Assembly (NCBI GenBank): GCA_951406725.2
Contig: OX597817.1
Coordinates: forward strand, 150,536,001-150,600,000
Length of the DNA: 64,000 nucleotides
Origin: Octopus vulgaris
Taxonomy: Eukaryota
Reading direction: 5' to 3'
How positions within the stretch are numbered: position 1 is the stretch's first letter; each line of letters begins with the position of its first letter. Positions 1 to 13,627 of this stretch are shown piece after piece. The notes under the pieces are model-generated. The model ran no database searches. It worked only from the letters and a program-made list of their open reading frames with translations, and was not told the DNA's origin. The translations under genes were made by a program, and so were the position numbers.

Positions 1-72
1 AAAATCCAAACAGTGAGTAGACTTGATAATTTGTATATATTTTGTAATGAGGATTTTATGTAATAAGGATTA

Positions 73-468
73 CTCTTTACTCTTTTACTTGTTTCAGTCA
101 TTTGACTGCAGCCATGCTGGAGCACTGCCTTTAGTCAAGCAAATCTACCCCCAGGACTTGTTATTTGTAAGCCTAGTACTTATTTTATCAGTCTCTTTTG
201 TGGAACCGTTAAGTTACGGGGACGGAAAAACACCATCGGTTGTCAAGCGATGTTGGGGAGACAAACACAGACACACATACACACATATATATATATATAT
301 ATACATATATACGACGGGCTTCTTTCAGTTTCTGTCTACCAAATCTACTCACAAGGCTTTGGTCGGCCTGAGGCTATAGTAGAAGACACTTGCCCAAGGT
401 GCCATGTAGTGGGACGGAACTCGGAACCATGTGGTTGGTAAGCAAGCTACTTACCACACAGCCACTCC
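73..468 (-). mobile_element. SINE family A copy
   Basis: Reverse complement of 12270-12670. Accounts for ORFs 23-379 and 250-441. Confidence 0.9.
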
Positions 469-761
469 TGTTCACTATTTTTTAGTGACCAATACAGACT
501 AGGCTTGGAATTTCTCTAATTGAAACAATTAAAAGGCTCGTGTAAACTGAATCAATTGCAACTATTTGGAATGATTTTAATCAACTGATTAGCCCTCATT
601 TTGCAAGTCTTTCATATATGTCTGAGACTGTTCTGGTTCTGTGATACAAAATTTCTGCTCTGAAATGATTGGAATTAAAACTCGATAAAAACTTTAATTT
701 CAAACACCATCTTAATAAAGGCAAAGTAATTTAACTAAATTTTGCGAATGTGTATAGGTCC

Positions 762-1122
762 AGGAGGGGCTGTGTGGCAAGAAGTTTGCTTCCCATCCAC
801 ATAGTTCCAGGTTCAGTCCCACTGCTCGATCCTTGGGCTTATTGAAGTCTCAGACTGACCAATTCCTTGTGAGTGGATTTAGTAGATGGAAACTGAAAGA
901 AACCCCATTGTGTATATACCTGTGTCTATGTTTGTTCCCCATCACTGCTTGACAACTGGTGTTGGTGTGTTTACATCCCTGTAACTTAGTGGTTCAGCAA
1001 AAGAGATTGACAGAATAAGTACCAGGCTTTATAAAAAGTACTGGGGCTGATTTGTTCACCAAAAGTTCTTCAAGGTGGTGCCCCAGCATGGCCACAGTCT
1101 AATGACTAAAACAAATAAAAGA
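762..1122 (+). mobile_element. SINE family A copy (diverged)
   Basis: Head GGCTGTGTGG...GGTTCAGTCCCACTG through to the tail AATGACTAAAACAAATAAAAG. Confidence 0.85.
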
Positions 1123-1223
1123 TAATTGATGTTATAAATTAATATTATTTGGTGATTAGTTTCTTATTAATTATAAAATATTTAAAGTGATTAAATAATG
1201 TACATATCCATTTTTCTTCTCAG

Positions 1224-1380
1224 TGATCGTATAGTAACTGCAGAGTTTATGAGAAAGTATATCCATGTGGCAAAAGCTTTGAAACCAGTTCTCACCTCTG
1301 AAGCTACAGAATTTATCTCTGATGAATATGCAAAACTGAGAAGTCAAGATAGTTTGCATGGTGATTCAAGTTTAGCTCGG
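1224..1380 (+). CDS. MCM3: MCM3 internal coding exon (upstream exons lie outside the window)
   Basis: ttctcag acceptor and gtaagt donor. Encodes DRIVTAEFMRKYIHVAKALKPVLTSEATEFISDEYAKLRSQD..., matching the MCM3 AAA+ lid region (FMKKYIHVAK...PVLT...EYSRLRSQD in vertebrates). Confidence 0.96.
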
Positions 1381-2183
1381 GTAAGTTTTATATTAAGAAG
1401 AAAGAAAAAAAAAATCAACTTATTAACGGTTTTATGTAAAATAAACTGGATAGAAAATTGCAACAAAGAAAATCAACTGAGAAATACTCCAGTATCTAGT
1501 TATTTTTGTTTTAATATTTCATCGTGAATTATCAAGTCATTTTTACCTGACCTATTTATCAATATAGGTTTAACATAATTAGTATAATGACAAATTACTC
1601 TTAATTAAGATTCACTTTTTATTTTGGTGTTTGCATTTTAATATAATCTCTTGTGCAATTTCTATCTTCACCAGTTTTCCTCTTTGTCATTCCTTCTGTG
1701 TTTTTCAAGTGTTAAGCTTAATAGAGTATTTGATAAAACGTGTCTCTCCTTGTGGCCGATGCCAGTGCTGCCTGACTGGCACATAAGAAACACTATTCGA
1801 GCATGGTTGATGCCAGTACCGCCTGACTGGTTCTCATACAGAAGGCATGTAAAAAGCACCCACTACACTCTCAAAGTGGTTGGTGTTAGGAAGGGTATCC
1901 TGCTGTAGAAACCTTGCCAGAACAGATTAGAGCCCAGTGCAACCTCCTGGCTTGCCAGTCCTCAGTCAGACTGTCCAACCCATGCCAGCATGGAAAGCAG
2001 ACGTTAAGTGAAGATGATGATTCCTTACATTTACAATTATGAAAGTTCTATGAAGGAATACTTCAGAATGTTTATCTATCACTTCTGTTACAATGTTTGA
2101 CTTTAGACTCATTAAATTTACTTTGTATGCTTGGTTGAAGTATGATATATTACACAGTATGTTTTTTCATTTCTTTTTTCTAG

Positions 2184-2354
<171 letters not shown>

Positions 2355-3680
2355 TGAACTGACCAATGAAAAATTGTGATTGATTTAATCTTAGGAATTG
2401 TTACTTTTGAATTTGAGGGAAAATTCCAAAAAGCTTTCATTGATAATAGAACATATTACATTTAAACAGAAAGTTCTATTTTGGTCAAGTTGGACTTTCA
2501 TTCATCCGGGGTCAGTAAAATACTGTACAAGTCAGGTACTAAGGGTATTGTAATCAACTCCTCTATTGCCTGAAACATTTAGTGTTAGACAAAATGCCTT
2601 GTATTAGGCTGTGCTGCTCTCCATTCTGAGTACAAATTCTATTCCCACCCCCCAGTTTTGATAAAATCAACTCTTACCCTTTCCCAAATTTCTAGCTTTG
2701 TGTCTGTGTTAGAAACAGGGGGAGGAAGCCCCCTTCGGTCATGAATGACCATGGGATTGCACCTAGAAAATTAACCTCTGAGGCACAAGTCAGGGCAAGA
2801 TTGTTTGTGGAAGGCTAGTAGTTGCCCATGCATACCAGTCTCCCCTCTCCACACCACTGGTGTTATCCAAGGGAAAGGCAAAGGCTGGTACAGCTTGGTA
2901 CCAGTGATGTCTCAACTCATTTCTACAGCTGAGTGAATGGGAGCAATGTGAAACAAAGTGTGTTGCTCAAGAACACAACACACAGCCCTGTCCAGGAATC
3001 GAACTCACACCCTCACGATCATAAGCTCTACGCTCTAACCACTAAGCCATGTTAGAAACAATCAGTTTCATCTTCTCAGGATTGATACAATAAGTATCAA
3101 TTGGACATTCAGGCCTCTTAAAATTGCTGGCATTGTGCCAAAATTTGAAACTTATTCTTATTATTGTTAGATGATACTTTTGACCCTTAAATATGACGAT
3201 TTATAAGCCATTTGCTGTGAATTATATCCAGTGACATTTTTAGTTACTAGGCAAAAATAATCTTAACCAGATCACATTTAATCTACTTTAACTGTGACAT
3301 TAGTAATTCATTGACTTTTATTTTGAATATGTATGTGCATGTGGGGTGGGTCTAAACACTGTTTAGTATTTGGCTTTGTTTTTCAACATCTTGAATAAAA
3401 ATTCTGTCAGGCCATGGCCAGGCAGTGTCTTTCATCCATTTAGTGTCTAATAAAATAAATACATGGTGCCTTGGAAATCAACATTACTTGATCTACTACA
3501 GTTTTATGGCTTTGTATTATTGTTGAGAAATCATGATTGCAAAATGTTCATTATGATTAGATAAAGAGGGCTGTTTTATATAAGATATTAAACTGGGTTC
3601 AGTGTTTTATTTGTCTAAAAATTTCAGCCAAGCACCAACATAGTATATGGTTGCTTCAATGGTCTGTTTTCTAAACACAG

Positions 3681-3775
3681 GTTCTGCCTAGAGAGAAGAG
3701 ACATAAACCACATGCAGATGAATCTGAAGATGAAAGCCAAGATGAAGATACAGAAAAAACAAAGTCTTCTAAAAG
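3681..3775 (+). CDS. MCM3: MCM3 coding exon (basic/acidic linker)
   Basis: acacag acceptor and AG|gtaat donor. Encodes VLPREKRHKPHADESEDESQDEDTEKTKSSK, in frame with the flanking exons. Confidence 0.9.
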
Positions 3776-3837
3776 GTAATTTAAGTTAAGATGTACTTGC
3801 ATTTCCGTTTTTTTTTTTCCCCTTTTCTTTTGTACTC

Positions 3838-4044
3838 TTAACCCTTTCATTACCAACCCGTGAGTACAAATGTCTTGTTTTCATAAGTTTTGAATTATAA
3901 TCTTCCACCAAACCTTAGTCAAAATTTATGTTCCTAAAACTAGCTTAATTATAACAATGTTATTTTACTAAATTCTTTGTTATATTTAGAATAATTGAAA
4001 GAAACACAGAGCATCTCAAAATAAATACAGTAACAAAAGAGTTA
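3838..4044. mobile_element. TTAA-type (piggyBac-like) MITE
   Basis: TTAACCCTTTC...GTAACAAAAGAGTTA ends. Related fragments lie at about 30057-30255, 40982-41220 and 50207-50760. Confidence 0.55.
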
Positions 4045-4208
4045 GAGAAGATGTACATGCATTTCCTCTTTTTACCCCCCATTTCTTTTGTACTCTTAAA
4101 TATAGATAATAATTATTTAATCCGTTTGTATCATTAACTTTCTTAAACTTTCTGTTGTATTTTAAATTGCCATTTCTACTGATTATCTAAACATAAAATT
4201 TCATACAG

Positions 4209-4321
4209 AAAAACAGGTGAGCATCAACGTAAACCTCCAAGAAAAGAAGGAGATGAAGGCTATGATCCATATGACTTTGAACGGGGTGATTCAACACGGC
4301 CAGCTGCTGCTACAGATAAAG
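4209..4321 (+). CDS. MCM3: MCM3 coding exon
   Basis: atacag acceptor and G|gtaaat donor. Encodes KTGEHQRKPPRKEGDEGYDPYDFERGDSTRPAAATDK, with the MCM3-conserved YDPYDF motif. Phases are consistent (2/1). Confidence 0.93.
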
Positions 4322-4428
4322 GTAAATTCTTAGTTTTCTTTTATCAGTCAAATTAGAAATACTTTTTTGAAAATTAAATCACTGAAATGAATTTGAATAT
4401 AATAATAATTTTGATTTATTAGTGTTGA

Positions 4429-4469
<41 letters not shown>

Positions 4470-4471
<2 letters not shown>

Positions 4472-4838
4472 CACTGTGCTTGAAGAGACCTATTGAGTCA
4501 AGTACATCAACATCAAAAAAATCAAATGGAAATTGTTGTTGTGATACCTGTGCCGGTGGCACGTAAAAAGCACCATCCAAACGTGGCCTCCGTTGCCAAT
4601 GGCACATAAAAAGCATCAATCGATCGTGGCTGTTGCCAGCCTTGCCTGGCTCCTGTGTCGGTGGCACGTAAAAAGCACCCACTACACTAACGGAGTGGTT
4701 GACGTTAGGAAGGGCATCCAGTTGTAGAAACACTGCCAGATCAGACTGGAGCCTGGTGCTGCCTCCTGGTTTCCCAGACCCCGGTTGAACCGTCCAACCC
4801 GTGCTAGCATGGAAAACGGACGTTAAACGATGATGATG
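4470..4838 (+). mobile_element. SINE-like family B representative
   Basis: Repeated GGCACGTAAAAAGCACC modules, a GTTAGGAAGGGCATCCAGCTGTAGAAAC core, a terminal palindrome CCATGCTAGCATGG and a (GAT)n tail. Other copies: about 1745-2020, 38070-38243, 50262-50555, 54597-54870, 55893-56340, 57780-58050, 58183-58352, 59255-59620 and 62563-63000. Confidence 0.85.
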
Positions 4839-5979
4839 TATTAATATTTGTCAAATGTAATATTTTTCATATTCGAACTTATCCAATTTAAGGAAGTGAA
4901 TGGCTTTGAATAGTTAAGTGCTATTTTATAATCTTTTTGGCCTGAAAACTATGAGGTCAATTTAGATTCAAAGTTCAGGTTTATAAAGAATTATGAAATT
5001 ATGACAGTAACCAGTAGCCCTCTTAAATGAAGAGAATTGATCTGTATATGTAAGGAATATAATTTGTTGCCATTGCATATTATAATCCAAGCATTTGGGC
5101 ATATTTACTTCACTATCCTAAAAACTCTACTTCTCCTACATAGCCCAGACAAACAGGAAAATATGTAAAAGAAAAATAGCAACATCAACAGCTTCTTTGA
5201 GGTCAAAGTTTGCTTCTGGATTCAGTCTCATTGCATGGCAACTTGGGCAAGCGTCTTCTGCTGTAGCTACAGGCCAACCAAAGTTTTTTTCAGTGGATCT
5301 GTTAGGTGGAAACTGTAAGAATCCCATCATATATAGTTGTAAATGTGTACAACTATCATAGGAGCAGTTTCATTTTCAATATTCTGTGAGAATTTGTTTG
5401 GTAGTGGGGGAATTATAACCTTGCTTGGCAACAGGAAGGCCATCCAGATGTACAAAATCTTCCATCCAATCCATGCAAGCCTGGGAAGGTAAACATTAAA
5501 TAGTGATGCTGGGTAGACATTACCTTACTCTGACTGATACCATCATACTTGACTCTGCTATTGCTACCTGTAGAATCTACGTATGCAGACACAAGATGGA
5601 GTGTGTACATTGACCAGGACTGTCATCTTGCATTCTATACAATTAATCACAGCATATCAGTAATGTGCCTCAGTTAGGAAAAGCCATGGTTTATCTGGAA
5701 CCATAGATGTGTGTATAGCATCTTATCCTTTGTCTGTCTAGGTCTCAAATCTGCTTGATCAAATCAGGAGCTACACAGCATTATTGGATAATTGTGGTTA
5801 CCACTTTTAGCACTGTAAAGTGCACAATATCAAATATAATAAACAAGTTGTATGTGCTTTTTAGTACTGTTTTCATAGAATAATATTTGCCATGTTTTTA
5901 GACTGTTTCCTGTTTCATTAATTATGAATACATCTGTACTTCTATTTAAATTTCATTGACATTTTTTTTTATTCTGTAG

Positions 5980-6061
5980 AGGCAACATCTGAAGAAACTC
6001 CTAGTAAGAAGCGTCGTACTCAAGAAAGTGATAAAGCTGCAACTGTCATTGATGAGAGCAG
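5980..6061 (+). CDS. MCM3: MCM3 coding exon
   Basis: Poly-T tract plus ctgtag acceptor, AG|gtaaat donor. Encodes (E)ATSEETPSKKRRTQESDKAATVIDES(R). Phase 1/2 links the neighbouring exons. Confidence 0.88.
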
Positions 6062-6201
6062 GTAAATCTATCTCTACATCTAATTCCTTTGTAATATGTT
6101 GTATCGGCCAGTTTGTGCTGAAATAGGTAATGTAATTGAAATTAGAGAAATTTTAATTACTCTTATATATATGTTTTTATTTTTTTCCTTGTTTTTGCCA
6201 G

Positions 6202-6403
6202 ATTGAAAATTTTCAAGTCAGCCCTGTTCCAGTTGTTCAAGAATGAAAGAGCTCAATCTCTAGAATTGGAGAAAGTAAGGAATTATGTCAATGAAGAGAA
6301 CCCAGATAATAAATTTGAGGAAAATGAATTAATGGCAGCTATCAATAAAATGATGGATGACAATCAGATTATGTTAGCAGACACAGTCATCTTTTTGATT
6401 TAA
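6202..6403 (+). CDS. MCM3: MCM3 last coding exon (C-terminal winged-helix domain)
   Basis: tttgccag acceptor. Encodes LKIFKSALFQLFKNERAQSLELEKVRNYVN...AAINKMMDDNQIMLADTVIFLI*, matching the MCM3 C-terminus (KMQDDNQVMVSEGIIFLI). Confidence 0.97.
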
Positions 6404-6853
6404 ATGTAACCATGGCGACTGAACCACTATTAAAAGTGGTTTATCTGAACAGTAATTTTGGAAAGATTGAGATGTAAATGTTGTTGATATGTCATATACA
6501 CATACATGCATAAACATATATTCAAATTAGAACTTTTGAAACGAACTCTGGGATTCGAATCCAATTTCTTTAAATTTCATCAAGATGTATTTCTCAGTAA
6601 GTTGGTGTCTTCTGCTCTCTTTATCCATTGGTTCCAGGAGAAATACACAAACATTCATCCTTATTTACTTTTGCTTATATCCTTACACATGGAATATTAA
6701 TAATTGCTCTAAATTATTTTAGGTATGTATGTACCTGTGAGAGAAAAAGAGTGACTGAGTGACAATGTAATGCATAGCTGGTTGGGCGTCTTGTAGGTTT
6801 GGAAATTTCAAACATGCAGACATTTTAAGCAACTGTTGAGCATGCCTGGCATA

Positions 6854-6859
6854 AATAAA
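6854..6859 (+). promoter_or_regulatory. Candidate MCM3 polyadenylation signal
   Basis: AATAAA about 450 nt after the stop codon. An alternative ATTAAA lies at 6429-6434. Position only, no transcript evidence. Confidence 0.35.
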
Positions 6860-7779
6860 TTCATCACTGACCTGTAATTAAGATTTAAATATTCATTTTC
6901 TTGTGCAAAATTTCTTAAAAATACAAATGAGATCATTTTTGTCAAGTGCTTGATTAAACTAAGGAATTTTGATATGAATTCTTTTAATTTCAGTTGAAGA
7001 CTGCAAAAGCACTTTATTTTTTTAACTTACAATTCTTGATAAACAGATAACTAATGTGCTTATGCTTAGCAGTATTTCGCCTGTCTTTACATTCTGAGTT
7101 CAAATTTCACTGAGGTTGACTTTGTTTTCTATCCTTTTGGGATCAACAAAATAAGTACCAGATAGAACACTGGGGTTGATTTTCCCCCGAAATCGCTGGC
7201 CTTGTGCCAAAATTTGAAATCAATATTATCATTAACGCATGTAATATCTAAATAATAATTTCCTTTATTTCTCCCTTACTGTAAAAAAAAAGTTAATGTT
7301 TGTCACAAATCTTAAGGTTTACTCTTTATGATGAAATGGAAATCCCAATTCTAAATTTGAAGGTTAGCAGGGTTGATGAGGTGGAATGTATTCATTCTTT
7401 TGTATATATATAATTGTTTAAAATAAAAATTTTTTAAAACATTTTTGTTTTCTTCAATTATTTCTAAATAAGAATATAAGTGTTGCTTAAAACATGACTG
7501 TGTGGTTAAGACATTCAATTTCATTGTGTGACACCTTAGGCAAATGTTTTCTTCCATAGCCTTGCATTGGCCAGATCCTTGTAAAATTTGGTTGAGTGAA
7601 ACTGTTTGGAAGCCTTTGGTATTTTTGTATATTGGTGATTCATTTGTTTTGGTCATGTCCTTTCATGCCATGCAAAATGGTTTTTGTCCTCCAGATTGAT
7701 AAAATGTTTGCCCTCCAGATTGATAAAATGTTGGGCAAAAAATTTATGTAAGTATAAATGACTAAAAGAAGTTGAATTG

Positions 7780-8880
7780 TCATCTTTGGTAGAGTCCCTT
7801 CTTTGGCTTCAACTCTAGAACAGCTTTCAAGAGAATTGGAATCAAGAATCTAGCCAACGACCCTCAGAGTAAGCTGCTTCCATTCAGAATGAACCAAATG
7901 CTGCATATGGTGTCATTAAAATGGCTTATCTCGTAATTCACATCACTTCTCACTTGGATTAAATTTATCTCGAGTCCAAAAAGCAAAGCAACTGGAATGG
8001 TACTGTGATAACTGTGGATCTACCCTTGATGATGAATGAACAGAGTAGACAACATTATAGCTGACACAAAGAGTAATGGGTCACCTTGCTGGACACTAGT
8101 TGGATACATGATGTTGCCATGAGTATGGTAGATGTTCTGTAGGAAGGATGAGCCAACTGGACAGCATGGAAAATGGACACCAAATGATGACCTGTCTATG
8201 GTTGCAACTAATGTTACTCAAGGTATTTTGCTTGTTCAAATTAATGAGAAGGCAAGGAAAATTAGACATGCATACTCAGTGTGTGGATGGTCTCTTCATA
8301 TTGATACCAAAATGAATGGGGACTGTTGTTAGTTGAATTCTGTGTCTATTTATCTGCTGGCAACTTTAGGCATGAAATCTTTACAAAAGTTACTGAAAAC
8401 CTAACAGTCAAACTGGTGGAAACAAAAAGGATCTTGGGTATGATTGGGGTGGTTTATTCAGTGGAAGCCATTTGTTGGAGCAGCGATTGACTGAATCAAA
8501 TATTTGCTGGCCAAAGTTGGGTCATTAAGTGACTGACCACAAGCTATCTACACCACCTTTAATGCTGCCAAGGGGAAGTTTCAGAGCAGCACAAGGTCTT
8601 ACATTATTCTGATATTGGCCAAGGGGCAGGAATGGTGGTGGTTGGGTGTTTCATCAGGAGTGAAGTGGAGGACTTCATCATTTGATGCTAGTCTTCACTA
8701 GAAGACATCTCAGTTAATTTTGTGTTGATGCAAGCACAGGGGTTTTGTATCGTTTTTGAAAGACTGGATGCTACATCAGCATAAGTGGACAGCCTGGGAA
8801 CAAGGAAAGGCTTATTAATTACAGATGTCACTTTGAGGTGGTTTGTGGTTTAGCTGTGTTGTGAGATACGCTTCATCACT
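7780..8880 (-). mobile_element. Probable decayed LINE remnant
   Basis: More GC-rich, coding-like non-SINE block without an open frame. The family cannot be determined by eye. Confidence 0.3.
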
Positions 8881-9676
8881 TTTTACAATGTAGACATTGC
8901 CTTTTATTTACACAACCATTGATCAGGACTGCCTTGGATGGTTGAACTGGACTGCTGACATGCTACACTGATTACTTGTCTGCTCAGATTTCTGTATTGG
9001 TTTTTGCTTTCATGTACATCTTATGAGCACTAGGTTAAAAGCACCTGTACTGGTGCACTCTGGATGGCTCCACGTAATGAGCACCATGAACAAGCATCCA
9101 GTACAATCTGTAAAATGGTTGATATTAGGAAGGGCATCGAGCCATAGAAACCATGCCAAAACAGATGACTGGCACAGCTCCTTTCAAACTGCCCAGTCCA
9201 TGCCAGCATGGAAAACAGATATCAAATAATAATGACGGTATCTCTCAGAATCCCAATGCTCATAAACTCTGTAAATTCTCCTTTCATGATCTCTGAGCAC
9301 GGAGATTTGTATTTTACACTATGGCTTCTTTGCCTGTCTTTATATTTATTTTTCGCTTTTGTTGTTCTTTTGATCGCCATTGTGCATCCTGGGGTTGTAC
9401 TTCAGAAACTCAATTCTTATATGCTAAACTGTTATTTTCTGGTTCAACATTGCAGCTTCCTCTTTTAGTACTAGCAATTGATATGTAGGCCCATATAACC
9501 TAAATATGAGCTTTGCAACTACTACTAAATTCTTACTGCTGTTATGATAACTATTACCATTGCTGTGTCTGTCAAATTTTATATACTATGCTTTATATAG
9601 TAAATATTGCATATCATTATTCTGATTATAAATTTTTTTTTCCTTTGGCTAGATTCTTTTGCTAATTCTCGATATA

Positions 9677-9900
9677 CTCTCTTTACTTATTTCAGTCATT
9701 TGATTGCGGCCATGCTGGAGCACCGCCTTTAGTCGAGCAAATCAACCTTAGGACTTATTCTTTGTAAGTCTAGTACTTATTCTTTTGGTCTCTTTTGCCG
9801 AACTGCTAAGTTATGGGTATGTAAACACACCAGCATCGGTTGTCAAGCGATGTTGGAGGAACAAACACTGACACACAAACATATACACACACATACATAC

Positions 9901-9938
<38 letters not shown>

Positions 9939-10096
9939 TACGACGGGCTTCTTGCAGTTTCTGTCTACCAAATCCACTCACAAGGCTTTGGTCGGCCCGA
10001 GGCTATAGTAGAAGACACTTGCCCATGGTGCCATGCAGTGGGACTGAACCCAGAACCATGTGGTTGGTAAGCAAGCTACTGACCACACAGCCACTC
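9677..10096 (-). mobile_element. SINE family A copy
   Basis: Full-length reverse-complement copy. Confidence 0.9.
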
Positions 10097-10887
10097 TTGA
10101 TTATAATTGGGGTTTTTTTCCTTTGGCTAGATTCTTTTGCTAATTCTTGATATAGAGGAGTATATCTTGCTCCACTGTCATTCCATGTTAACCAACTGCT
10201 AGTTTGCTTGTATGTATGAGAGAAGCAGGAAAGGATAATTTCTAAGCGATAAACATCACCTTCCCCCCCCTCTTCTCAGTCACTTTCTTTACTACTCTTC
10301 TTTTCCTTCTTCATTTTTAGTTTTTTTTTTTTGCCGTCTTCAGTTTTGATTTGTCTGTTTAACTGCAACAATCTTCCCTTCCAACTTGTCATCCACAGTT
10401 CAACGGCAACCCTGCAGCTTTCCTGTTTGTATGTGCATTTATATTCGTGTGTATACGTGTCGGTGCATTTGCTAGCCTTTCTCTTCCACTATTTTTGTAT
10501 TTTTCTTCCACTCAAACCAGTTTGCAAAATGAGTCAGTCCTTTGTCCCAGTCCAACCATTCTCATGGTAAATCTTTATTTCCTACCATCCAGTTTCTTCT
10601 AACAACAGGTTGCAGAAAATCTAGATAAACAGCCCCTGTCCTTGGATCAACCTAGATATAATCTTACACTACTGATCTCCCACACTTCCTCCCCTGCTGG
10701 TTACAACACGCACGCACACACACAGTGTAATGAGCAGGAGGGGAAGTACATTATGTGCAACTGTTAATCTAGACATTTTTTTCTCTCTTCTCCATTTTTT
10801 TTTCTTTCCTCATCCTTTCTGTAGAAGAATATAGGCTCAAAATATCAAGACTTGCATTTTTCCCCAAGTCTCAAACTAATACATTTT

Positions 10888-11153
10888 AATAATAATAATA
10901 ATAAACATTGTGTACAGTGCTCAGGTGCACTACAACTCATCTAAAGTGCATATATAATCAGGTGTAGTTTCGACGGATTTCGGAAAGCATGAGGGCCTTA
11001 AAGGATGCAGTGTCATGGCAGTCAACAACTGACGCAGGCAGTTTATTCCATGCTTCAGCAACTCTGAGCGTGAAGAAATGTTTCCGAAAGTCATGGGAGC
11101 TGTGTTGTTTTCTGACTTTGTAGGCATGTCCACGTGTGTTAGACACATGGAGA
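10888..11153 (-). mobile_element. CR1 LINE 3' fragment (same family as 17405-18977)
   Basis: Near-identical to 17428-17673 (...SNTRGHAYKVRKQH...RRNYT*), with an (ATT)n tail. Confidence 0.93.
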
Positions 11154-11426
11154 TTTTGTTTGTTTTTCCCTCACCTGTCTCTGTCTTTTGTTTTTTTTAT
11201 ACAATTTTGAGCCATACATGTCTGTGTATGTATGTATGCGTTTGTGTATATATATATTGCACCAGGCACCAGTCTGATCTGGCAGTGTTTCTACAGCTGG
11301 GCATCAAGCTGTAGAAATACTGCCAGATCAGACTGGTGCCTGGTGCAGCCTCCTGGCTTCCCAGACCCCGGTCGAACCGTCCAACCCATGCTAGCATGGA
11401 AAAACGGATGTTAAACGATGATGAGG

Positions 11427-11461
<35 letters not shown>

Positions 11462-12269
11462 AATTTGGCAGATGGAAATTGCAAGGAACATGGTGACCTC
11501 AATAGTGCAGGTGGCATGAAAAAGGCACTCAGCACTCATTGTAAAGTGGTTAACGTCAGGAAGGGCATCCAACTGTAGAAATTATTTTAAAGCAGACAAT
11601 GGAGCATGATGCTGTCCTTCAAATATGAATGTTAAATTATGATGATGATGATGTTTGTCGCCCCTACTGCTTGACATCTGGTGTTGGTTTGTTTATGTTG
11701 CTGTAACTTAGCGGTTTTGCAAAATAGACTGAAAGAATAAGTACTACACCTACTAAAGAAAAGACAAAATACTGGGGTCAGTTTATTTAAATAAAACCCT
11801 TCAAGGCGATTCCCCAGCATGGCAGCCATCAAATGGCTGAAACAAGTCTAAAATTAGTGTGGTTAGAAGTTTGCTTCCCAACCGCATGGTTCCGGGTTCA
11901 ATCCCACTGCATGTCACCTTAGCTGAGTGTCTTATGCTATATAGCTTTGGGCCGACCAAAATCTTGGGAGTGCATTTGGTAGAGGGAAACTGAAAGAAGC
12001 CCGTTTTCTACATATGTGTGTCTGTCCTCCTCCATCACTTGACAACCGTGTTGGTGTGTTGACCCCCATAACCTAGCAGTTCAGCAGAAGAGAATGATAG
12101 TGTAAGTACCAGGCTTTGAAAAATAAATACAGGTGTCAATTCATTTGATAAAAAGTTCTTTGAGGCAGTGCCCCAGCATGGCCACAGTCTAATGTCTGAA
12201 ACAAGTAAAAAAAAAAATCAATATATTTTTGATTAAATTGAAGATCACTTTTGTAATATAATTGAAAAT

Positions 12270-12433
12270 AGGCACAGGAGTGGCTGTGTGGTAAGTAGCT
12301 TGCTTACCAACCACATGGTTCCGGGTTCATTCCCACTGTGGCACCTTGGGCAAGTGTCTTCTACTATAGCCTCAGGCTAACCAAAGCCTTGTGAGTGGAT
12401 TTGGTAGATGGAAACTGAAAGAAGCCCATCGCG

Positions 12434-12472
<39 letters not shown>

Positions 12473-12670
12473 ATATGTTTGTGTCTGTGTTTGTTCCCCC
12501 AACATCGCTTGACAACTGGTGTGTTTATGTCCCTGTAACTTAGCGGTTCGGCAAAAGAGACCGATAGAATAAGTACTAGGCTTCCAAAGAACAAGTCCTG
12601 GGGTCGATTTGCTCAACTAATGGCGGTGCTCCAGCATGGCCGCAGTCAAATGACTGAAACAAGTAAAGAG
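12270..12670 (+). mobile_element. tRNA-derived SINE family A, full-length representative
   Basis: A box TGGCTGTGTGG and B box GGTTCA(G/T)TCC, an internal (TA)n/(TG)n tract, and a tail ending CAAATGACTGAAACAAGTAAAAGAG. About 18 copies occur in the window. Confidence 0.9.
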
Positions 12671-13329
12671 GAAAATCTATTTACAGAATACATCTGTATA
12701 CAGACATTTTATGGTTTCACAAGTCATCTTTTTCACGTCTATTATAATTTCTTTTTCAGAATACAGTTAACTCTTTAACGTAACTAAATACATGCATATG
12801 GAAGAAAATCTTAATTATTCATCATAGTTACTTCCAGTTCCAGTGTTATTTATGTCACTCCACCCCATGTCTGCCCATGAATGGGTAGATGAAGCAATAT
12901 AAACAGTTATTACATCAGCCACTATGCATAGTGCTTGTTTTAATTTCTACCTTTTTTTTTTTTTCTTTTTCATGCATACTCACACATACACACACACACA
13001 GACGTATGTACGAAGTTAATAGATCGAACTAGTGAACTGTAACTATGCTGCAGCCTACACACTCACACACACACATAAGTATCCATATCAAGCATGTGTT
13101 GTGGGCATGTACTAAAGGCAGGCAGTAAGCAATTATAACATGATCTTGATGCAGTGAAACAACATGTTACATACATACATGGCGGGAGGGAGCAAAATGA
13201 GTAACTCCTGATTTCTCATTATTTTCCCCTTATCTGTTTGAAACTATTTCATTGCAAGTATTGCATCATCATTTTGTGCAGTTGCATTATGTTTAGGACT
13301 GAGAATTGGTCAGCATAGTCAGGTGGTTG

Positions 13330-13627
13330 GTTCAGTCATTTGACTGTGGCCATGCTGGAGCACTGCCTTTAGTCGAGCAAATCAACCCCAGGACTTATTC
13401 ACCACCATCGGTTGTCAAGTGATGTTGGGGGAGGGGACAAACAGACACACATATGTATATACATATATGCGATGGGCTTCTTTCAGTTTCCGTCTACCAA
13501 ATCCACTCACAAGGCTTTGGTCATCCCGAGGCTATAGTTGAAGACACTTGCCTAAGGTGCCACGCAATGAGACTGAACCTGGAACCATGTGGTTGGTAAG
13601 CAAGCTACTTACCACACAACCACTCCT
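13330..13627 (-). mobile_element. SINE family A copy with internal deletion
   Basis: Matches the family A head and tail. Confidence 0.85.

Noticed and set aside
23-441. Recurrent ORFs such as YDGLLSVSVYQIHSQGFG and FLQLDALPNANH
   Set aside because: These are chance frames through SINE families A and B, repeated wherever the SINE occurs.
10815-10850. TTCTGTAGAAGAATATAGGCTCAAAATATCAAGA as a decayed PLE hammerhead
   Set aside because: Too many changes are needed to restore the core and stem II, so it cannot be supported from this copy alone.
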